Below, in pieces: positions 27,856 to 35,913 of a DNA stretch of 64,000 nt. The stretch is from an uncultured Acidobacteriota bacterium (GTDB taxonomy: Bacteria; Acidobacteriota; Terriglobia; Terriglobales; Acidobacteriaceae): positions 565,949-629,948 of the forward strand of contig CAWIXA010000002.1 of the NCBI GenBank assembly GCA_963839975.1, in the 5' to 3' direction. A program made the translations under genes and the position numbers. The stretch's first letter is position 1, and each line of letters opens with the position of its first letter. The notes beneath the pieces were generated by a model. That model made no database searches and was not told the origin of the DNA. It saw only the letters and a program-made list of their open reading frames with translations.

Positions 27856-28076
27856 GCTGTCTGCCGAAAATCCGGCCAACTAGGATTGATCGCGCACAGT
27901 ACACGGAACTGCAGCGAGGCATCCTGCGGCGCGACGGCTGGCGATGCCAGGGCTGCGGGTCGAGAGCCAGCCTCGAAGTTCATCACCAACAGTTCCGCAG
28001 CCACTCAGGCGAGGACACGGAAGAAAATCTGATCACGCTGTGCCACGACTGCCATTCCGCAGAGCACGGCAGATGA
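27852..28076 (+). CDS. HNH endonuclease (74 aa)
   Basis: The sequence RDGWRCQGCGSRASLEVHHQQFRSHSGEDTEENLITLCHDCHSAEH is a canonical HNH motif with zinc-binding Cys pairs. Its ATG overlaps the previous stop (ATGA). Confidence 0.85.
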   Translation: MSCLPKIRPTRIDRAQYTELQRGILRRDGWRCQGCGSRASLEVHHQQFRSHSGEDTEENLITLCHDCHSAEHGR

Positions 28077-28196
28077 AGCCAGTGGTTGTCTCGCAGGGTT
28101 CGGGCGTGTCACTTTGGGGAGTTCAATCGCATTAACTCCTCAAAGTTTGTCAGAATGGGTGATGTCAGATTGCGCAGTTAGCTACCGGAGGATAGA

Positions 28197-30407
28197 TTGT
28201 CCAGAATGCGTTGGTATTTTCTTTTCTTTGTGATCTCCGGCTTCTGCAGCTTGGTGTACGAGGTTGTTTGGATCCGGCTTTCGATGGCTAGCTTCGGTGT
28301 AACCACGGCGATGGTTTCGATCGTGTTGACAATATTCATGGCGGGGATTGGCTTGGGTTCCTGGCAAATTGGTGTTCTTGTCCGGCGGGAAATAAAGGCG
28401 TCAACCGCCTTGCGGCTCTATTCCCTCGCGGAGTCGCTTATCGCTGTTTCAGCCCTTCTGGTTCCGTACGAATTGAAGCTTGGCCGCCATATTTTACAAA
28501 GCATGAGCAGTTCCGCAGCCTGGCAGTCGTCGAGCTACTACTGGCAATCAGGAGCTTGGATTGGGATTACCCTCATACCTTGGTGTACTTGTATTGGTTC
28601 TACTTTTCCACTGCTCATGACGGCCATTCGGAGAACAAGCACGTCCGAGCGTTCGTTCAGCTATTTATACGTGGCAAATGTTCTCGGAGCGCTTCTCGGG
28701 ACGCTGGTGTCGGCTTTCGTCTTGGTCGAACTGCTGGGATTCCAAAAAACGCTGTATGTGGCCAGCGGCTTAAACGTCCTTCTCGCGCTGTCTGCCTTGC
28801 GTATTGGTCTCGTCGAAACCTCCGGTTCAACCGTGGTTTCTGCTGCGAAAACTTCTTTACAGCAACGACTATACGGCCTTCCAGAGAACGCAATTCTTTA
28901 CATCTTGTTCACAACCGGCCTCGTCAGCATGGGTATGGAAGTAATCTGGATGCGCCAACTCGCACCCTACCTGGGAAACGTTGTTTACACCTTTGCCGGT
29001 ATCCTGGCCGTATACTTCTTGGCAACTTTTTGGGGATCTCAGGACTACCGCTCCTGGGCTCACTCACACTCCCCAGGTGAGAGTGCTCCGGCATGGACTT
29101 TGCTGGCAGTTTTTGCTGTGATTCCGGTCGCGGCTGCGGATCCTTTATTACCTCTCCGAACAGGAGGGGTTGAATTGGGCGGCTTGCGGCTCTCAGCCAT
29201 CGTACTTTTTTGCGCATACGCTGGTTTCTTAACTCCGCTGTTGGTGGACTCCTGGTCAAGGGGAGCTCCCGACCGAGCGGGAAAAGCATACGCAGTGAAC
29301 GTACTCGGGTCACTACTGGGGCCTCTGGTGGCGAGTTTCTGGCTCCTACCCTGGTTGGGTGAACGTTGGTCTCTCGTTGTGCTCTCAATTCCGTTGTTTG
29401 GACTCGCCGCCGTTTTCACATTTCGAAAATCTCTGGGCGAAGCGTCCCAAGTCCGACCCCGTATCGGCGCCAAGGCGAAGTATATGCTGGCAGCCCTGGC
29501 GGCGATCCTGTTGGTCAGATTTAGTCACGACTATGAAAACAAATACCCCCAGCGAGTGATACGACGGGATTACACCGCCACCGTAATTGCGACAGGACGG
29601 GGATTCGATCGACAGCTCTTGGTAAACGGCATCGGGATGACGGTGCTCACGCCGATAACGAAATATATGGCGCACTTGCCGTTAGCTTTTATGTCCAGGC
29701 CGCCTCAGAACGGTCTAGTAATCTGTTTCGGAATGGGAACTAGCTTTCGCTCGATGCGGTCATGGGGAATACCCACCACTGCCGTAGAACTGGTTCCCAG
29801 TGTCCCGAAACTATTCGGATACTTTCACGAAGACGCAACCAGCGTCCTAAGTTCGCCGTCGGCGCGAATCGTCGTAGACGATGGCCGACGATTCCTTGAT
29901 GGGTCGAGTGATTTTTATGACGTCATCGTCGTGGATCCACCGCCTCCTGTAGAAGCTGCAGGTTCCAGCTTGCTTTACTCCCGAGAGTTCTACACAGTTG
30001 TAAAACGGCATTTGCGCCATGACGGCATCTTGCAAATGTGGTATCCGGCAGGGGGAGGCGATGTGTCTACCACTTCTTCAATTACAAAGGCGTTGCAGCA
30101 ATCCTTCCCCAATGTTCGGGCGTTTCAGTCTTACGACGGGTTCGGGATCCACTTCCTTGCAAGTATGCAGCCACTACCTGCCATCTCTAGCACAGTCTTA
30201 GCGGCGCGCTTGCAGCCCGCGGCAGCGGCTGATTTCCTCGAATGGGGTCCGCAGGCAACTGTGCAGAATCAATTTGACCGGGTCCTTTCGCGCGAGCTTT
30301 CAATTGAAAAGATCATCGCCGAAGACCCTCGTGCGCCAGCTCTTGCGGATGATCAGCCGGTCAACGAGTACTTCTTACTGGGCCATTGGTTTCATCTATA
30401 CCGGTGA
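28197..30407 (+). CDS. Fused polytopic-membrane / spermidine-synthase-like (class I methyltransferase fold) protein
   Basis: The protein is 736 aa. About 500 aa of TM helices begin FLFFVISGFCSLVYEVVWIRLSMASFG. The C-terminal SpeE-like domain shows [26 protein letters not shown] and SSLLYSREFY. It is a close paralogue of 53133..55385. Confidence 0.85.
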   Translation: MSRMRWYFLFFVISGFCSLVYEVVWIRLSMASFGVTTAMVSIVLTIFMAGIGLGSWQIGVLVRREIKASTALRLYSLAESLIAVSALLVPYELKLGRHILQSMSSSAAWQSSSYYWQSGAWIGITLIPWCTCIGSTFPLLMTAIRRTSTSERSFSYLYVANVLGALLGTLVSAFVLVELLGFQKTLYVASGLNVLLALSALRIGLVETSGSTVVSAAKTSLQQRLYGLPENAILYILFTTGLVSMGMEVIWMRQLAPYLGNVVYTFAGILAVYFLATFWGSQDYRSWAHSHSPGESAPAWTLLAVFAVIPVAAADPLLPLRTGGVELGGLRLSAIVLFCAYAGFLTPLLVDSWSRGAPDRAGKAYAVNVLGSLLGPLVASFWLLPWLGERWSLVVLSIPLFGLAAVFTFRKSLGEASQVRPRIGAKAKYMLAALAAILLVRFSHDYENKYPQRVIRRDYTATVIATGRGFDRQLLVNGIGMTVLTPITKYMAHLPLAFMSRPPQNGLVICFGMGTSFRSMRSWGIPTTAVELVPSVPKLFGYFHEDATSVLSSPSARIVVDDGRRFLDGSSDFYDVIVVDPPPPVEAAGSSLLYSREFYTVVKRHLRHDGILQMWYPAGGGDVSTTSSITKALQQSFPNVRAFQSYDGFGIHFLASMQPLPAISSTVLAARLQPAAAADFLEWGPQATVQNQFDRVLSRELSIEKIIAEDPRAPALADDQPVNEYFLLGHWFHLYR

Positions 30408-30605
30408 CAAGAGCCTCGCGTGCGCAACAAGATTCAACGGTCGTGATGAAATTCGAGCTCGGCCTACTGTAATCCTGTCGAAGGCGGAAGCCTTACAGCC
30501 AGTGCTTCTTTCCGACGGGGAACAAGGTGCGAACCTCCCTTACCTTGGAGCGGTCTTCGGCATCATCGTCGTCCATATCCCGGATGCGTATGGCTAAAAT
30601 AAAAG

Positions 30606-32645
30606 TTACAGCGGAATCCCCAGCAGCACTTTCACTGCGATGGGCTTGTTATTGAGTTGGGCGGGGCGGAAGACCCATTTGCTGAGGGCTTGCACGATCG
30701 CATCGCTTACGCGCGCGTCTGGAGTCTGCTTCACTGAGAGGTGGGTCACTTTGCCTTCGGCGTCAACGACCGCGTAGATCACCACTTGGCGCTGGGCGTA
30801 TTTCTTTTCGAGATCGGCGGGGACTTGCGGCCACTCGCGCATGACCGCCGATGGCGCGACTACCTGCTGGCCGGCCTCAACCGAGGCTGAATCATCTTTC
30901 AGTAAGGAATATTGCAGCGTCCAGGTCGGGTCCTCGGCGTCTGGGGTGCGCTTCATGGGCACGTAAACTGTGAATACGCGCTCGTTGTCGAAGACACCGA
31001 AGTCTTCAAGCCCACCACCGCTGCTGGCGGTTGAGACGACGGTCATGTTGTAGGGAGTCTGTTGGGCGATGGTGAACGATGGGGCCTCGGCGGGATTGCC
31101 TTCGCCGCCTTGAATGGTGATTCCGGGGAACGATCCGGTGCCTGATCCGCTGCCGCCGCCGGAGCCGGTTCCGGCGCCGCGTCCGGGGGCTGAGGTTGTG
31201 CCTTTGCCGGTGCCGGTTGTGCCGCGGCCTTTGCCGGTGCCTGTGCCACCGGTTCCACTGCCAGCAGTGTTACCTGAACCTGTCCCGGTTCCCGTTGAAC
31301 CGGTGCCCGACGCATCTTTAGCCGAAGCGTTTCCCGAGCCGCCGCCGGTGACTGGGTTGTGTCCGGCGCCGGTTCCGGCGTTGGAGGCGACTTCCGTGGC
31401 GGCGTTCGGAGATTGCGATCCACCTTGACCGGTCGCGGGAGAAGTCGAAGGCGTGCCGTTGGATTTTCCGGGCGTAAGCGAATTCGGATTGAGCGTGCCG
31501 CCGGGGGCTATCGCGAAGCGTCCGCGGGCTTCGCCGTTGGGAACTTTTGCATTGCTGCCCGGCGGAAGCGGCATGGGGCTGAGCGAGACCAGCGGCTCAA
31601 GCGCCTTGCCGTGCATCTCCATGCGCGCGATCTGCGCGGAAGATGGGGGCGCGGCGGCTTTGTCCGATTTTTCGGCCCGCTTTTCGGTGGCCACCTTGAT
31701 CGGCTTGGGTGAGGGCTTCTCGACCGGCTTCACTTCTTCCTGCTTCTTCGGCTCAATTTTCGGCGCTTCGGGCAATGGCTGCTCGGCGGCGGGAAGCTTG
31801 GGCATTTCTGCCTTGGCGATCAGCTTGGGCGCGTCGTTGACGGGAACCTTCCACTTGGCCTCGCGATGCGTGGTGGAATCTTGTTTCACGCGGATTGCCT
31901 GCGGGACTTCGTGATGCTGCGGCATCGCGGCTTTCGGAGCGAGCAAGTCGCTGGGCAGCCGGGTTTCGGCCATCTGCACGATGTTGGGCAGAGGGATTAA
32001 CTTTTTGATCGTCTCAGGGTGAACCAGCAGCGGGCGTTGAATGGTCTGGAATGCGTTCGTCGGATTCGGTGGGTCGGAGAGAATTGCTTGTGGGCCGGGA
32101 TAGGCGAATCCCTTGCTGGCGTGCGCAGGCGCGGCCGACGGTTGCTGAGGAGCACTCTGCCCTGCGCCGGGACTCTTCTGGCCTTCGGTACCTCCGCCAA
32201 CTTCGGGGAGATAAATCAGGTGGTCCTGCGTGTTGGGGCGAAGCGTGATTTTCTCCGGAGTAAAAAACGGCAGGCCATAGGTGAACAATAGGAACAGACC
32301 GAACAATGCGAGTTCGTGAAAGATGGTTGAGTAGAGCAGGCCGCGGGCGGGGAGATATCCGAATTTAAAGGTGGAGAACGTCGGGACGCCGTAGCGCTCG
32401 GACGAAGAGAGCGCATCGACGGAAGCGGTGAGTGGAGTGGCGATGGGCTTTACGGCGCTTTCGTCGGAGAGCTTTTGGCGCAGGGCTTCGATTTCGGGTG
32501 ACAAGGTGTTGGCGGGCGCGGTTTGCAAGCCAGCCGTTTCAGTTTTCTGCAGATCTTGCGGAGGAGTCGCGATGGCGGTGGAATCTTCGCGCGGAGATTC
32601 ACTCTGCGGTTCGGGGTCACTGAGTCCGAGGGAAAGGAAAGGCAT
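30606..32645 (-). CDS. TonB-like energy-transducer protein with a very long Pro-rich and Gly/Thr/Ser-rich linker
   Basis: The protein is 679 aa. The C-terminal TonB domain reads VVIYAVVDAEGKVTHLSVKQTPDARVSDAIVQALSKWVFRPAQLNNKPIAV. One TM helix is present (FHELALFGLFLLFTYGLPFF), along with Pro/Lys-rich and GTGxGS low-complexity segments. Confidence 0.75.
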   Translation of the reverse strand: MPFLSLGLSDPEPQSESPREDSTAIATPPQDLQKTETAGLQTAPANTLSPEIEALRQKLSDESAVKPIATPLTASVDALSSSERYGVPTFSTFKFGYLPARGLLYSTIFHELALFGLFLLFTYGLPFFTPEKITLRPNTQDHLIYLPEVGGGTEGQKSPGAGQSAPQQPSAAPAHASKGFAYPGPQAILSDPPNPTNAFQTIQRPLLVHPETIKKLIPLPNIVQMAETRLPSDLLAPKAAMPQHHEVPQAIRVKQDSTTHREAKWKVPVNDAPKLIAKAEMPKLPAAEQPLPEAPKIEPKKQEEVKPVEKPSPKPIKVATEKRAEKSDKAAAPPSSAQIARMEMHGKALEPLVSLSPMPLPPGSNAKVPNGEARGRFAIAPGGTLNPNSLTPGKSNGTPSTSPATGQGGSQSPNAATEVASNAGTGAGHNPVTGGGSGNASAKDASGTGSTGTGTGSGNTAGSGTGGTGTGKGRGTTGTGKGTTSAPGRGAGTGSGGGSGSGTGSFPGITIQGGEGNPAEAPSFTIAQQTPYNMTVVSTASSGGGLEDFGVFDNERVFTVYVPMKRTPDAEDPTWTLQYSLLKDDSASVEAGQQVVAPSAVMREWPQVPADLEKKYAQRQVVIYAVVDAEGKVTHLSVKQTPDARVSDAIVQALSKWVFRPAQLNNKPIAVKVLLGIPL

Positions 32646-32775
32646 TAGTCACTACATCCGAGGATCGGGATACGGCTGGATGCGGACCGCGAAGCGGCCC
32701 GCATCGGGAAACGGGTTGGGGAATGAGGTCATTGGAAAAGCGAGGCCTTAAGAATATTGAATGTCGTGGTCGGAT

Positions 32776-34666
32776 TCAGGTCCATAGTATGATGCCGAAG
32801 TACCGCCGAGCGTTCAAATTGTCCGCAACGATCTCACCGAGCACGTAGGTTCCAGCTCCCGAGCTTCCGCTGAGGGAACAGGATATCCTGGTAATATGAC
32901 GTAGTTGGTCGCCGGCACCGGCGGTGGTGTGCAGCTGACTCCCGACCGCTTGCATTGCATGAATGGAAGTACATGGTACCCGCCAGCAGGAACTGACCAC
33001 CACCACCCCAACACGGCTGCGCCCTTGGCCGAGCGATCCTGGAAGAAAAGGAACCAGCGTTGCTCGCCGATGGTGGCAGGCTCGGACTCGCACCGAGAGG
33101 GTCTCCGTAGTAGCCCGTACAGGGACCGAGGAGTATGTTCGCCGTTATGTTAACCCCAGCACCTCCACCCTGAAGGTTAGCCGGCACGTTAATAGGAAGC
33201 GCCAGTTGAACCGGTTGGAATACACTTCACACCGTCGAAGTAACGATGTCTGCGACGACACCAGCATACCTAGTTCCAGCCAGAGCAGGCCCTTTCAAGG
33301 TATTGAACGAATCGACTACGTAGAGCAGCGAGTTCCTGAGTTCGAATTTACCCGAACCTGTATTAGTGCTCCTCGAAGTAAAAGGTTATTCCACCGCTTC
33401 CATCGCCTGCTCCTGTGCCTGGTCGAACAAGTGAGTTTGGTTCGAGGATCGAGATTACCCGTTTAGAGCGGAGTAGACAGGCCGGGATCGAAGATCGCGG
33501 TTATCGTGCAGCCTGTACTTTTATTCCTTCGGTGTACTGGTCGAATAGTCGCCCGGTTGTACAAGGTGCACCCGCTCGTCCTGTCGGGGCACCCGTTCTC
33601 CGTATAGCGCACGTGGCAATTGCCATTTAAGACTGGTGCCGCGTGCAGACCGTGGATGTACTGCCATTGGTCGCAGTAACTCGCGGGAAGGAGCGCTCCG
33701 GACACCTGGAGCGGTATAGGTGTTGATCGTCGTGGTGCAATTGGTGGTCTGCCCCGGGTAACACATTTGGGCAAACGGATCCATGATTGGAGCTACCGGC
33801 GCAATCCAGTGGCCATTCGTGCCGCCATTGAAACCGCTCATCGCGGCCGTCGGGTCCCCGCTGAGGCCTATGTCCGCCCCTTGGCCAAGTGGACCCGCCG
33901 CTTGAAGATCAATGGTCGCGCTGCCCCAAGGCGAATTCACCGAGCAGTTGCTTTGTCCACAGGACCCAGCGTTTGCCGAGGAGTTAACTTGAATGCTTCT
34001 GCTGGGGCCACCGAAGATCTGTATCGCCCCATTTCCCTGGATGTTGAGGGCGGACTGCTGCGGAGTCGACTTCGGGCTGTTCGGATCCAGCACCAGAATT
34101 GGAATTGGAGCGGCAGACTGCGATACACCGCATATCGCAATCGCGCGGACACTTTGCTTTGTTCATTCCTTTCAGCATCCCGGCAAAGAAGGTGGGAATG
34201 TTGTCGGTGACGGTGACCCGCATGAAAGGAGCGGGCGCAATCGTGGCTGGCGGAGCGGTAACTCCGGCCGGCGCCGGAGTCGCGCGGTGACCAATCGAAG
34301 GACACATTGTTTCCTAATGCCGTGCTGCCGCTGGCAATCGAGCTGCCGAAACCGTTCAGGGTGGCGTACTGGCAAGGGGCTGGGGTCTGACTGGTGCTGC
34401 AGTCGAACGGATTCGCGCTGGTGCTGGTGTTGAACCCACCTTGATTGACGGTGCCGTTCGTGGCGTCCACCAGCAGATCCATCGCGCCGGCGGTACACGC
34501 GGCATCGGCCGCGGTCTGCGCTGCCTGCCGATTGAACCACAGGTTGCTGATGTCAATCGCAAACGCCATCGCGCCGATCAGAAAAATCCCGAGACCCAAA
34601 AGAGTAAACAGCATTACCTGACCGGATTCGCGCTCGTCTAGCTCGGCTCGTGAAATTATTGTTCAT
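32776..34666 (-). pseudogene. TadG-like (Flp-pilus assembly, TadE/G-like N-domain) gene broken by multiple frameshifts
   Basis: An ATG at 34666 with the RBS GAGGTG is one frame off from ESGQVMLFTLLGLGIFLIGAMAFAIDISNLWFNRQAAQTAADAACTAGAMD, the TadG-type N-terminus. The coding signal then hops between ORFs 33937..34614, 33521..34093, 32834..33187 and 32776..33093. Confidence 0.55.
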
Positions 34667-34703
34667 GGTTTTCACCTCGATCACCTGTCTCCGGATCCTC
34701 AAT

Positions 34704-35204
34704 TCATAATTCGGCCGTCAGCGGCGGCGTTAAGCGTGAACTCGGCCAGCCCAAACCGAAAAAGGGCTGGTAGGTATAACTCACGGTCACTCTCACCAGA
34801 CACCCCGGCACGTTGCAGGCGCACCGTTGGCGCTGTTCGGGTTGTAGTCCACTGTCACGTTGCTCGCCGTAACGTTTTGAAAGGACAACCGACGCGAAAT
34901 TCGTGACCACGGTCTTCACATTGCTGCCCGTGCGTGTCGGGCAGGCGACGGCAGGCGGTCCGAGGACGTACCCGGCCCGCTGCAGTTGGCTGTTTCCAGT
35001 CCCGTGCACAATCTGCGTAGCGCATTCCTTCTTTGGCGGCATCGGCGAGCGTGTTATAGGCATGCATGCAGCAGAATCATCTGCAGCATGCTGACGAACA
35101 AGATGAGCAAGAAACAAGTCGACCAGCATGAACTCCACCATTGCCTGGCCCGAGTCCTGGCGCGTTGCGCACCCTGCCGTCCGGAATGTGAGTCTGCCGT
35201 TCAT
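34704..35204 (-). pseudogene. TadE-like pilus assembly gene, frameshifted
   Basis: The N-terminus ...GQAMVEFMLV is the TadE motif. The conserved YNTLADAAKEGMRYA segment sits in a different frame (ORF 34855..35067). The C-terminus VRVTVSYTYQPFFGL returns to the first frame. Confidence 0.5.
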
Positions 35205-35210
35205 GTCTAT

Positions 35211-35845
35211 TCATGGCCCGCATTCTGGCGCGCCGAATGAATGTACAAGCTGCCGCAGTTGCACAGTCGCCGAAGCCTGCAGCGGAATGTTAAATATTCT
35301 TCCCGGAATCAAAGTTTGAAAGTTGTAGGTAATGTCGACTTGATTCAGTACAAAATTGGCCGCCTCGGGATCGGCACGGGGGACCGGACTCCCGCTATTT
35401 ACGGCAGCGAACAGCCTGCACGCTAGTGCAGGTCTCACAATTTCGTCTGATTGCCCCGGATGTTGACTCGTGACCGTACCGCATTGACGTTGATCGGACT
35501 GCAAACCTGAATCGTCGCACCGGTCGGATTCCAAAGCGCACCGGTCATGTCCTGACAAAGCAAGGTAAGTTACCGACCGCAGTTCGCTTCGAGCCGCCCC
35601 CGGTGACGGCAAGGCTGATGCAGCAGGCGTGGAAGGCCCCTCGATCGAGTACATCGGTAGCTGTCCGCGAGGCGCCAGTCAGATTCACGAGTCACCAGGA
35701 AGAAGTAGCCGAGGTTCACGACGTTCAGCACAACCAAGATGAGCAGGGGCAGCATCAGCGCTGTCTCTACCAGGCTCTGGCCGCGGGTGCTGCGGGATTT
35801 CGTGGTGAGTCTCATCTTCTTCTGCTTCTGCGCGTCTCGTTTCAA
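35211..35845 (-). pseudogene. TadE-like pilus assembly gene, frameshifted
   Basis: The N-terminus RGQSLVETALMLPLLILVVLNVVNLGYFFLV is in ORF 35570..35845. The C-terminal part, FVLNQVDITYNFQTLIPGRIFNIPLQASATVQLRQ, is in ORF 35211..35654. A third frame is needed in between (VNLTGASRTAT). Confidence 0.55.
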
Positions 35846-35913
35846 TCTGTACTGCCTCGAGCCTTGCCCCGGTGGGGGGCAGATGATGGCACCTGCCCCT
35901 ACACGGGCAATTC

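Larger units (their letters stand above)
23229..28196. mobile_element. Phage-derived island or prophage remnant without integrase
   Basis: This is a block of small phage-type genes: Rad52-like annealing protein, PD-(D/E)XK nuclease, HNH endonuclease and small basic proteins. It interrupts two housekeeping-type loci. I found no integrase, transposase, tRNA or clear flanking direct repeats. Confidence 0.55.

Noticed and set aside
23229-28196. An insertion sequence or transposon interpretation of the island.
   Set aside because: I found no transposase or integrase ORF and no terminal inverted repeats. The gene content is phage-like rather than IS-like.
31114-31428. Repetitive-looking DNA, which with the (GGYAAY)4 repeat at 37267..37293 might be a CRISPR array or a non-coding tandem repeat.
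   Set aside because: Both are in-frame low-complexity coding segments (Gly/Thr/Ser tract; GNGNGNGNG). No regularly spaced direct repeats with unique spacers exist anywhere in the window.
35887-35902. TGGCAC on the plus strand near the sigma-54 activator as a possible -24 element. TGGCATTGGATAAATGC at about 12651 is similar.
   Set aside because: No TTGC follows at the required spacing. The GG-to-GC distance is wrong, and the first site has no gene in the right orientation downstream.
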